In this document: positions 49,777-57,787 of the stretch, in pieces
Layout of the letters: every line of letters begins with the position of its first letter
Numbering within the stretch: the stretch's first letter is position 1
From: Candidatus Latescibacterota bacterium
GTDB lineage: Bacteria > Latescibacterota > UBA2968 > GCA-2709665
DNA: 64,000 nucleotides
NCBI GenBank assembly: GCA_965237675.1
Contig: OZ250150.1
Span: forward strand, 1,600,001-1,664,000
Reading direction: 5' to 3'
Notes under the pieces: generated by a model
Seen by the model: the letters and a program-made list of their open reading frames with translations, nothing else
Database searches by the model: none
What the model was told of the DNA's origin: nothing
Program-made: the position numbers and the translations under genes

Positions 49777-50115
49777 GTGTGTGCTGCTCATGACTCTGTT
49801 TTCTTTCGTTTTCCCGACGACGGCGATCCAGAGGAGATGACGGAACGAACTCGGAAGGTTCGTATGCTGATTGAGGCTGGCGCCGACGTGAATGCAACGG
49901 CCTGTGTAAACGTGCGCTCCGATTGGGGGCACGGTTACGCTGTGCAGGGCGAGACACCCCTTCACATTGCGGCCAGGTGTGGCGGGAAAGAGATGATTGG
50001 ACTCTTACTCGACGCGGGCGCCGACAAGGCGATGAAAACGGCGCTGGGTGAGACGCCGTTGGATTTCGCGAAGAAGGAAAGGCGTTCTGAGGATATTCTC
50101 GAGGTTTTGAAGTAA
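49777..50115 (+). pseudogene. Ankyrin-repeat protein, probably a 5'-truncated fragment
   Basis: LIEAGADVNA, GETPLHIAA, LLDAGAD, GETPLDFA; no convincing start and only ~40 bp from a divergent gene. Confidence 0.65.
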
Positions 50116-50137
50116 TGGGTCAGGTGAATAATCAATA

Positions 50138-50161
50138 GGCGACTCCAAAATGGGAGTCGCC
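50138..50161. terminator. Hairpin between convergent genes
   Basis: GGCGACTCC-AAAATG-GGAGTCGCC. Confidence 0.6.
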
Positions 50162-50169
50162 CGGCGAAA

Positions 50170-50448
50170 TCAGGTCAACTGGATGCGGAGCTGCTTGCCC
50201 AGAGCCCGTGCAGCGCGGTCCATTGTCCGTAGCGTTACGGAGGGATTGGACGAGTCAAGCAAACGGTCCAGCGCTGACCGACTGGTTTGCATGCGCCTGG
50301 CCATCGCCGACCTGGACAGCTTGTTTTCCTCCATGAACTGACTCAACTGAAAGGCAATTACGCGTTTCACTGCCGTAGCCTCTGCTTCACTGAGAAGGCC
50401 CTCTTCTGTGAGGAACTCGTCAAAACTGCTGCCGATATGTTTTCTCAT
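50170..50448 (-). CDS. XRE-type HTH antitoxin (HigA-like); no toxin adjacent
   Basis: HIGSSFDEFL.EEG, A.KRVIA.Q, MARRMQTSRSALDRLLD..N.SVTL.T..RAA.ALG. Confidence 0.8.
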   Translation of the reverse strand: MRKHIGSSFDEFLTEEGLLSEAEATAVKRVIAFQLSQFMEENKLSRSAMARRMQTSRSALDRLLDSSNPSVTLRTMDRAARALGKQLRIQLT

Positions 50449-50515
50449 CGTGTCCCCCGAAGGCGCGGGCAGACTAATGTTATGGCCCGGTGTTGAGCGG
50501 CTGGTTTGATCGTCT

Positions 50516-51349
50516 TCAAATCGCAATGTTCGACGCGTGCGACTTCTCGACGACAAAGTGAACGTGATCTGTTGTATCCCTGAACTGAGGCAAGTCCGAC
50601 GTTTCCGCGGCGAATTCCAGGACGTTCTCGTACGCCTCCGGGTCATTCTCCCTGAGCGCCTCAAGGAGTGGCGCCATGCCCCCGACAAAGCCTTCCGCGC
50701 CCGCGTGGCTGACGATTCTCAGCCCTGCATCCTGGATTTCTTTGCCGGCGATCTCAGGATTCGACCAGTGACATTCGGTGAAACCGGAAAGTTCATGGTC
50801 TTCAAAGGCCTTTTCGCCGAGCATGCTCCGTAGAAAGGCGGGATTGAGGAAGCGCTTCGGGAAATCAACCACCCCGGACCTGATCAAGCCCCACGAATTG
50901 AGGAAGGCTACAATGGCACTTCCGCCCGGCTTCAGAATGCGGACCAGTTCACTCATAGCCTGAGATCGATCATCCCTCCTGACCAGGTGGTATAGAGGAC
51001 CGAGAAGGAGGGCGGCATCGAACGATTCGTCCTCAAAGACGCCAAGATCGCGTGCATCCCCCTGGATAAACTGCGTCGCTCTGATTCCTTCCGATGCAAA
51101 GGCACGTTGTGCCAGCTCCAGCAGTTTCCCGGAAAGGTCGAATAAAGTGACCCGGTACCCGCGTTTGGCGAGCTCAATAGAATAACGGCCTGGTCCGCTC
51201 CCGACGTCACACACGGTGCCGTTTGCGGGAAAGTATTTCTCAATAAGGCGCAGGGTGGAAGCGAACTCGATTCGTGGAAGCCCCGCTTCCAACCGTTGCC
51301 ACTCCCTATCGGGCGCTGCGTCGTAGAAGCTTCTGACGTATTTGCTCAT
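50516..51349 (-). CDS. Class I SAM-dependent methyltransferase
   Basis: EWQRL, DVGSGPGRYS, GDARDL, LLGPLYHL, LKPGG. Confidence 0.88.
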   Translation of the reverse strand: MSKYVRSFYDAAPDREWQRLEAGLPRIEFASTLRLIEKYFPANGTVCDVGSGPGRYSIELAKRGYRVTLFDLSGKLLELAQRAFASEGIRATQFIQGDARDLGVFEDESFDAALLLGPLYHLVRRDDRSQAMSELVRILKPGGSAIVAFLNSWGLIRSGVVDFPKRFLNPAFLRSMLGEKAFEDHELSGFTECHWSNPEIAGKEIQDAGLRIVSHAGAEGFVGGMAPLLEALRENDPEAYENVLEFAAETSDLPQFRDTTDHVHFVVEKSHASNIAI

Positions 51350-51452
51350 TCAATCTCAATTTCAGTAAACGTCACCACTGCGCCCGAACCCTGAATGCGA
51401 ATTGGCGAAGGGGCGGCTCCCCGAAGCCGGTGGCACAATGTCAGAGGATATC

Positions 51453-52181
51453 TCATCCGGGGCGGGAAGGTGCATTCCGTCCCCCGAAGAATGTTTTATA
51501 GATGAAATGCCGGTCGGGAACATCGCGACTTTCGAACTCCTGAAACAGGGCGCTATCATCGTAAGGTACGTGACGCATTCCCAATTCGTAGCTCCCGCTC
51601 TCGCACGCCAGGATGGCAAACCGCGCAATGGGTTCAGAATGGCAGCCCAGAGAACCGGGATTTACGTATCTGGCCGTCCCCACTAAATCTGAAGGTGAAT
51701 GATCGTGGCCATAACATACGAGATCGGATTTTATATCCGCGAAGACTTTGTCCAGGTCCACAGGACGAGGGTTCTGGATGACGGACTTGAAGTCAACCTG
51801 CGACTCTGTAAGGCCGTAGTGAAGAAACGATATTCGAACGCCTTCATACGCATCTTGAATCAGGTACGGCCATTGTCTCACTGTATAACGCAGTGATGGA
51901 TCAAGGCAGGAATGTACCCACTCCTGATGTTTCAACTCGCCGTCGCTCATCCTCGATGGTTTTGGAAGCCCGCTCGAAAACCACAAATCATGATTACCGC
52001 AAATCAGATTCATACCAGGCGTGCTCAGCAGCAGTTCCAGGCATTCTGCCGGGAATGGACCAATACCGATGGCATCGCCTGTATGAAAAATCGCATCGAC
52101 ACCCTCTCGCCGAATTGCACTCAGGGCAACCTGAAGTGCCGGCAAATTGCCGTGGACATCTGTCAGTACCGCGATCTTCAT
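51453..52181 (-). CDS. Metallophosphoesterase family protein
   Basis: DVHGN, GD, GNHD, GH.H, NPGS.G. Confidence 0.9.
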   Translation of the reverse strand: MKIAVLTDVHGNLPALQVALSAIRREGVDAIFHTGDAIGIGPFPAECLELLLSTPGMNLICGNHDLWFSSGLPKPSRMSDGELKHQEWVHSCLDPSLRYTVRQWPYLIQDAYEGVRISFLHYGLTESQVDFKSVIQNPRPVDLDKVFADIKSDLVCYGHDHSPSDLVGTARYVNPGSLGCHSEPIARFAILACESGSYELGMRHVPYDDSALFQEFESRDVPDRHFIYKTFFGGRNAPSRPG

Positions 52182-52203
52182 GTTCCTTCCAGGGCCATTT
52201 ATC

Positions 52204-52323
52204 CTCTAACGTTTCACGGTTTGCGAACCCCGAGCGGAGCCGCTGAGCCTGTACCCTGAGCTTGCCGAAGGCCAATCCGCCCAAAAGGCGACACAGCGCG
52301 AACCGCTGCAGATGTGGTGAGCG
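52204..52323 (-). other. Degenerate attC-like site with a REP insertion
   Basis: Minus strand: CGCTCAC-CACAT-CTGCAGCGGTTCGCG ... CGCAAACCGTGAAAC-GTTAGAG, located between a stop codon and the next gene's start; the interior contains CCCTGAGCTTGCCGAAGG. Confidence 0.5.
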
Positions 52324-52341
52324 GTCGACTCCTGCCCGAAG

Positions 52342-52941
52342 TCAATTCTCAAACAAGATGGCACCAACGGCTTCGAGTCCATATCGGTTGCCATCGTAGT
52401 CAATGGTCGTCACGGAGCATTCACGCATTGCTTCAGCACTGTATGGATCATTGCAGAATTCCGGACTGATGCGACTCAGCTCTTCAGAGGAAAAGACGTT
52501 GAGAAGGAAGTCCGCCAGGACACCGCCATGGGTCACCCCAATCACTGTATCTCCGGATGACTGAAAGTAGCAATCAGAAACAAAAGCCTCGATGCGTCTG
52601 CCAGCCCCAATGCTTGAATCGCCAACACCGGGCTGGTAATCCCTTTCTCTCGAACAACGCTCCCACTGAGCCATGAATTCATCGAAAGACTGGCTTTCGA
52701 TGTCTCCCCAGTTCATTCGTTCACGCAGCCGTGAATCTTGAGTCACTTCAAGATCCAAAATGGCGGCGATGATCTCTGCTGTTTCTCTTGTTCGTGCCAG
52801 TGGACTGCTGAAGATTCGTGTGATGCCGTCTGATGCCAACTTCCTGGCGAGTCGTTTAGCCTCTTCCCGACCCTCGGATGTCAATGACGGATCGCCGATC
52901 CTGCGGTCTCTCTTACCGTGGCGAATAAAGTAAAAACACAT
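52342..52941 (-). CDS. Histidine phosphatase (phosphoglycerate mutase-like) family protein
   Basis: FIRHG, SSPL.R..ETA, LRER, THGG. Confidence 0.88.
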   Translation of the reverse strand: MCFYFIRHGKRDRRIGDPSLTSEGREEAKRLARKLASDGITRIFSSPLARTRETAEIIAAILDLEVTQDSRLRERMNWGDIESQSFDEFMAQWERCSRERDYQPGVGDSSIGAGRRIEAFVSDCYFQSSGDTVIGVTHGGVLADFLLNVFSSEELSRISPEFCNDPYSAEAMRECSVTTIDYDGNRYGLEAVGAILFEN

Positions 52942-53111
52942 TAAGTCTACCTGTGATCCTATTTTTCTCGTGCACAATTTGCCGGAATGGGGTTGCCTAA
53001 GGCCAGTGCGCCCGTCGGCACGCTCAGGACAAACTCCGCGACAGCAAAGGCAACCGTGTTGTTAAAGGATGTGGGACATCCATACGCAAGTTGGCTGCGA
53101 AGACCCTTCTG

Positions 53112-53696
53112 TCACGACTCGATAGGAGGAAGATCAATCGGGGTCAGCACGCCGAAAAAGCCATACTTGATTCCGGAAGGATCTCCCTTGCCGGGTGGAA
53201 AGTACTCCTCTATCAGGTCCAGGAGCCGACGGTTGAATTCGGCCGCCTGCCCTTCCGAGAGTCGAGCGCGGTTATGGTTGACAGAGCTCTGAAAATCAGG
53301 GCCGAATATGCCGTCCGCACTTTCGCGAAAGGCCTGGTTAAACTGGCTGACAATCTCCGAATCTACCGGCTCGGAGGTTTTGGTCGTCTCATCCAGCGGG
53401 TCCCGGATTCGAATCTTGCCCGCCGCCGGGAGGCAACGCCAGGCCCTTGGGTCGCTACCCGTTTCTTGAAGATGTACGATATCCGATTCCGCGAGTCGCC
53501 CCAGGTGGCGGAGAATCCGTGTATCGGTAACTCCCAACATCGACGAAATCTCCGCCACGGACTTTCCCTCCCCAAGAGTCTCCAGGATGCGCCGCCGGAG
53601 AGGATCCGCGAGCAAATGGACTCGTTCGTCATCGATAACAAGCACGGATCCCTTTCCCGCGTCACCCGGGAATGTCAATTCGATCCAGCCGGCCAT
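53112..53696 (-). CDS. ArsR-like winged-helix transcriptional regulator
   Basis: LADPLRRRIL..L, SVAEI...LG...HL..L; GGAGG RBS. Confidence 0.78.
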   Translation of the reverse strand: MAGWIELTFPGDAGKGSVLVIDDERVHLLADPLRRRILETLGEGKSVAEISSMLGVTDTRILRHLGRLAESDIVHLQETGSDPRAWRCLPAAGKIRIRDPLDETTKTSEPVDSEIVSQFNQAFRESADGIFGPDFQSSVNHNRARLSEGQAAEFNRRLLDLIEEYFPPGKGDPSGIKYGFFGVLTPIDLPPIES

Positions 53697-53789
53697 TCAG
53701 ATCCTCCATTTGACTGTCTTTGACCTTGTAGAATTGGGCAATCTGAGCATTAATTCCACGACCGCGACGCGACCGGGAGGGTTATACGC

Positions 53790-53827
53790 TGACAGCCCCC
53801 TTCGCGTTAAACGATAGAGGGCTGTCA
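53790..53827. terminator. Hairpin downstream of the PIN operon
   Basis: TGACAGCCC...GGGCTGTCA stem; no clear U-tract. Confidence 0.45.
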
Positions 53828-53862
53828 CATCCCGGGCGTACCATCGTCAATTACGTATGCAA

Positions 53863-54048
53863 CTAAACCGATGTCTTCTGACTTGAGCCTTCAAAAAAGC
53901 GAAGGCGTTCTTCCAACGAGGAATCTTTAGTCTGAAGATAATGCACCTGCCGAATGAAGTGTATTTCCTGCATCATTTCATCATTTGGAAATTCCTTCCG
54001 TACATCCTCCCGGATCTTCTCCTTCTCTACCTGGGTCAATTCCCTCAT
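53863..54048 (-). CDS. Small protein, putative antitoxin partner of the upstream PIN toxin
   Basis: 61 aa (MRELTQVEKEKIREDVRKEFPNDEMMQEIH...), AGGAG RBS, 10 bp after the PIN stop. Confidence 0.6.
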   Translation of the reverse strand: MRELTQVEKEKIREDVRKEFPNDEMMQEIHFIRQVHYLQTKDSSLEERLRFFEGSSQKTSV

Positions 54049-54058
54049 GGACCTTCTC

Positions 54059-54514
54059 CTATAACTCCGGCGGAGCGAATATCTCCAGCGGACCATACCC
54101 CTTCAATACATTGATCACATTTACTTCCCGTCGCGTGTTCACCTTTACAAGATGTGTGAAATTCCAACTGCAAAAATACCCAATTCCATTGGTCACTGCA
54201 ATAGCAACGTGGTTGGCGTCATCTATGTATTTTTCGGGAAATACTCCCCTTCGGACATATTCCTGAGCGAGAGCGTCGGCTTCTTCGTCGAACGCCAGGA
54301 CTCCAAATCCCTCCACCAGATCTTCCAATTGCCGTCTTCTGTCGGCATCTGGAGTGCCGCGAATTTCTGACAAGACAACGCTTGAAATAACAGCTTCAAA
54401 TTTAAACAAAAGAAACTCCCAGAATTGAAGGGTCTGTCCCTGCCGTTCAGGCGTTCTTGAATCGTAATATGCGCTTGGAACAGTTGAGTCTAAATAGACC
54501 TTCAGTTTTGCCAT
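54059..54514 (-). CDS. PIN-domain (VapC-like) ribonuclease
   Basis: VYLDSTV, S.VVL.EI, DDANHVAIA, SWNFTHLV. Confidence 0.88.
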   Translation of the reverse strand: MAKLKVYLDSTVPSAYYDSRTPERQGQTLQFWEFLLFKFEAVISSVVLSEIRGTPDADRRRQLEDLVEGFGVLAFDEEADALAQEYVRRGVFPEKYIDDANHVAIAVTNGIGYFCSWNFTHLVKVNTRREVNVINVLKGYGPLEIFAPPEL

Positions 54515-54701
54515 ACTTTTTTTCTATCAATCTGGAAGCGAAAAATACGGGTTCAGATGGAGGCCGGAGTAGCTGTCGTTGCCGTTGTCGCTTCGGAAGA
54601 GCCAGGATTCTAAACGTCAAGGAAACCGCATACTCGGTGCGAGATCAGCCGCGACCGACCCCCAACAATGGAGGCAGGTCAGCCCCGCGGGCGGCCAACA
54701 C

Positions 54702-55142
54702 CTACGCCGCGTCCCCGCTGGCGCCGCGCAATGCACCCTTCTTCGCTATCCTGGCAATCGACGCGGTTCCAACGGCCGAGGCCGAACTCAGAATTGTCAC
54801 GGCACCGATGGTAATGATGCCCCACAGCCAAAGCGGAAGGGCGGGATTCACCGTTCCGACCACAAACGGAAGCACGCCTACCAGCAGACCACTCGCCGCC
54901 CCCCACGCGCCGACTCGCGACAGCGCCAACTCGTCGATTCTGCGACGGGCCTCCGCAATCCCCACGACTGCGGAAAAGACCGCGCCGCACAGGAAGCCCG
55001 GATACGCCCCTACCGCCACCCACATTTCATCCATGGAACCGCCGGGATCCACGATCATTCCTGTCAGTACTCCAACCGGCGCCCACACCACGGCCCAGAC
55101 CAGGGCCACCATGACCACACCGAAGATACGTCTGAAGCACAT
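54702..55142 (-). CDS. Hypothetical membrane protein (4 TM)
   Basis: Four hydrophobic segments; AGGAG RBS. Confidence 0.65.
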   Translation of the reverse strand: MCFRRIFGVVMVALVWAVVWAPVGVLTGMIVDPGGSMDEMWVAVGAYPGFLCGAVFSAVVGIAEARRRIDELALSRVGAWGAASGLLVGVLPFVVGTVNPALPLWLWGIITIGAVTILSSASAVGTASIARIAKKGALRGASGDAA

Positions 55143-55153
55143 GTTAATTACTC

Positions 55154-55345
55154 CTATCGACCTATGTCAGCTATTCCAAGCTGTCTGCAGATCTTGAAGG
55201 CTAGAAAGTTTGGAGTCTCGATATGTCGCGGTACTGCCTCAACTGCCCCCGTGAGAGGATTTCTCCAAAGAGAGTGAGAACGTCCCTCGCGTTTGAGATG
55301 GCAACCGTGACGACGCAAGTGCTTTAGCAATGCCTGGCGTTTCAT
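55154..55345 (-). CDS. hicA: HicA toxin
   Basis: MKR..LL.HL...GC...REG.SHS.W.NP......VPRH. Confidence 0.88.
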   Translation of the reverse strand: MKRQALLKHLRRHGCHLKREGRSHSLWRNPLTGAVEAVPRHIETPNFLAFKICRQLGIADIGR

Positions 55346-55563
55346 TCGATCACGACAATTTCACGTTCGGCCTCGTCGGGTACAGCGCGAAGTCCGTCCT
55401 CGCGCCGGTCCTCCAGGATAAGCGATATCGCATCCCGCAAGCTCGCAAGTGCTTCGTCCCTGGTCTTACCCTGTCCATTGGCACCCGGGATCTCGGGGCA
55501 ATATGCAATGATCCATTCGTGGTCGCGTTCGATTACCGCCGTGAATTCATTTCTCATGTTCAA
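55342..55563 (-). CDS. hicB: HicB antitoxin (short form, no DNA-binding domain)
   Basis: FTAVIE....W.IAYCPEIPGANGQG.T..EA...L.DAI; ATGA overlap with hicA. Confidence 0.88.
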   Translation of the reverse strand: MNMRNEFTAVIERDHEWIIAYCPEIPGANGQGKTRDEALASLRDAISLILEDRREDGLRAVPDEAEREIVVIE

Positions 55564-55626
55564 ACCTCCTGGAATCCTGGCCCAAGGCTGATTCTATAAA
55601 ACGACGAATTTTTCGGATTGCGTACG

Positions 55627-55888
55627 TCATTCTTGAGCCTGCGATTGGATGTGGTCGTCGTCTGAACGTCCGCGAAATTCGCCCGTCACGCGCGCTCGCA
55701 TATGGTTGACCTTCAACGACAACTCGGTAAGCTGTCGCTCCTCCTCATACAGTCGCCTGAATCGCTCATCCTTGAGCTTTTCGTTCAGATGACGTCTAAA
55801 GTTCCTCATCCAGTTCCTCCTTTAGACTGCTCTCGTCAAATCGATACAGGAAATCCTCACGATAGTCCCTGGCGAGGTGAATTTCAGT
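55627..55888 (-). pseudogene. Remnant of a toxin-first TA pair (HigB/gp49-like C-terminus + HigA-like N-terminus)
   Basis: 55888-55796 reads TEIHLARDYREDFLYRFDESSLKEELDEEL* and overlaps MRNFRRHLNEKLKDERFRRLYEEE.., which stops before any HTH. Confidence 0.6.
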
Positions 55889-56105
55889 GACCGGCACGCG
55901 ATTCGAACGGCTCAGTCTTGCCTGCCCGGTATTCAGCAAGAGCCTCATTTGCAGGGCTCGCTAACTGCTCTGCCGTCGAGTCAAATGCGCGTTCCCATTG
56001 GCGCTCTGACTTCAACTCCGCCACCAGGACCACCGCAATCGCATCCTGTTCATCATTCGAAAGCTTCTTGATTTCCGAAATCGCTTTATCGAGAAGTTGA
56101 GTCAT
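55884..56105 (-). CDS. Small putative antitoxin; no toxin adjacent
   Basis: MTQLL.KA..E..KL...EQDAIA....E...E..W...F.....L...A.EALAEYRAGKT pattern; GGAGG RBS. Confidence 0.65.
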   Translation of the reverse strand: MTQLLDKAISEIKKLSNDEQDAIAVVLVAELKSERQWERAFDSTAEQLASPANEALAEYRAGKTEPFESRAGH

Positions 56106-56149
56106 TTAAGCCTCCAAATGCTGAATTACAACAGGCTATTCGCCCTCAC

Positions 56150-56329
56150 ACCTAACAGATCAAAATACGGCAGTTTCACATGAGAGTATTCGTGAGATTC
56201 TGTAAAGTTTGAGGTCTATCGGTTCGCGAACCCGTGTAGTGGGTTTCAGCAAGCAAGTGGCAGGAAAAAGACCCAGGAGCCTGCCTGGCCAAAGCGTGAA
56301 TTCGCGTAGCCTGCAGGGCGATGTTATGT
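56150..56329 (-). other. Composite/degenerate attC-like region
   Basis: Minus strand: ACATAAC-ATCGC-CCTGCAGGCTACGCGAATTC starts 8 bp after a stop codon; the other end reads CCGTATTTT-GATCT-GTTAGGT (a perfect GTTRRRY). The two halves do not pair. Confidence 0.55.
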
Positions 56330-56337
56330 GAAGAAGA

Positions 56338-56871
56338 TCAGGTTGATCTGCGCTTTAATGCTAACTCTTCCTGCGAGGGAGTTCTATTAAATATTAACTG
56401 CATCCAAATTCTCGCCGGCAAGTAGTCTTCCAACTGATCAGGCTGCAAAAGACCAAAAGCTTCATTTCTTGTAGGCTCCAAAACAAAAGATCGTAGAAGA
56501 GATTCTACTCCATTAGGATCATCGGATTTGCTTTCTGCTCCCACATCGCACCGTAGCCATTTATGTAGCCAATACATCAGACCATCCCAATTACTACAGT
56601 CAAAAGTTCGAGTTTTCTGATCAGCAGGTTGACATCTAAAATCATCCCGAATATTGGACGCACTTTCAATGCGTATCAAACGTCGTTGTTCGTCAACTGC
56701 GATGACAAACGACCTCTCCAATACCAGGTTGAGTCTTGATGCCTCGCATATCTGATGTCTTTCTACTACTACATGAAAATGCGACTGTAACTCGGTGCAA
56801 TCGGACTTGGCACGACTCTGAATCTGGTCGAAGGTGTAAAAACTGGTTTTTAATTGGATAGAAGGGGACAT
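56338..56871 (-). CDS. Hypothetical protein, AT-rich, co-oriented downstream of the PARIS-like pair
   Basis: 177-aa ORF, no family recognised; start uncertain. Confidence 0.55.
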   Translation of the reverse strand: MSPSIQLKTSFYTFDQIQSRAKSDCTELQSHFHVVVERHQICEASRLNLVLERSFVIAVDEQRRLIRIESASNIRDDFRCQPADQKTRTFDCSNWDGLMYWLHKWLRCDVGAESKSDDPNGVESLLRSFVLEPTRNEAFGLLQPDQLEDYLPARIWMQLIFNRTPSQEELALKRRST

Positions 56872-56899
56872 TTTGGAAATCGCAATACAATCGTCACAT

Positions 56900-57787
56900 T
56901 CAGATGTCTTTACCTGCTTGCCTCACTCGGTCACTAAGACGAGTGAACAGTTCGTACTCCTGCAGCTCTTCGACGGTCAGCGTGAGCACTAACGAGTGTC
57001 GAAGGGTCTCATAGCTCATCTGCTTTTTGGTAACGCCACGCTGACCAAGAAACCAAGCCAGATGCTTAATTGCATCTCGTCCGTTCGACGAATGTCGTAC
57101 ATCCTGGGGCATCTCAGACAAAAAGACTGACACTCGCTCCTTCAAATCCACATATCTATCACTAACCTGCCCTTTGTTGGCCACACGCCAAACGTATTCG
57201 TCCAAGTCTAGAACAGCGGAATCACCGTCAAGATGTACACAGCGCACATTGTCTAGGAGTGAGACCTCAAGAGATAACTGTTCCAAGCTCGCCCTTAGTC
57301 CGAACAGAGATCGCAGAACTTGAGAAAGTGCCTCGATGACCTGGCGACCTGAAAGGTCATCGCAACCCCAGGTTAAAGTGAGGCACTTTGCAATCGCTGA
57401 CTCGTTAAAGAAGTACATGTCCATACAGGTAAAATCGGTGTAAAGTAGACATGAAATCTCCAATGGAGCTCTACCAAATACACGATCGAGATCTCGATCC
57501 ACGATACATGTTACTGAGCACAGTTTGTCTTCGAGCGATGTAGCCAAGATCTGAGCGAGACGTACCACACGTCCTCTATTACCACCGGAAATTTCTCGTG
57601 CCTCTTCGCCCAGATCTACGGCATCGATCGGATAGACATTGACGCCCTTTAAACCAGTCTCTTGCACGAAATACATCACGATGCCCTGATCCGTTGTGCC
57701 CTCTACAAATACGTTATGGATGGACGGCTCATGTTCGTGCAGAAAAATGAGTTCTTGGACTTGTCTTCTTGGGATCATATTCGCCAT
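56900..57787 (-). CDS. DUF4435 TOPRIM-like protein (PARIS AriB-like)
   Basis: VFVEGTTD, GGNR..V, IVDRDLD, YTD...MDMY, NGRD. Confidence 0.78.
   Translation of the reverse strand: MANMIPRRQVQELIFLHEHEPSIHNVFVEGTTDQGIVMYFVQETGLKGVNVYPIDAVDLGEEAREISGGNRGRVVRLAQILATSLEDKLCSVTCIVDRDLDRVFGRAPLEISCLLYTDFTCMDMYFFNESAIAKCLTLTWGCDDLSGRQVIEALSQVLRSLFGLRASLEQLSLEVSLLDNVRCVHLDGDSAVLDLDEYVWRVANKGQVSDRYVDLKERVSVFLSEMPQDVRHSSNGRDAIKHLAWFLGQRGVTKKQMSYETLRHSLVLTLTVEELQEYELFTRLSDRVRQAGKDI

Noticed and set aside
52980-53110. Additional attC between the ArsR-like and phosphatase genes
   Set aside because: A GGTTGCCT/AGGCAACC stem exists, but R and L boxes with correct spacing could not be assigned.
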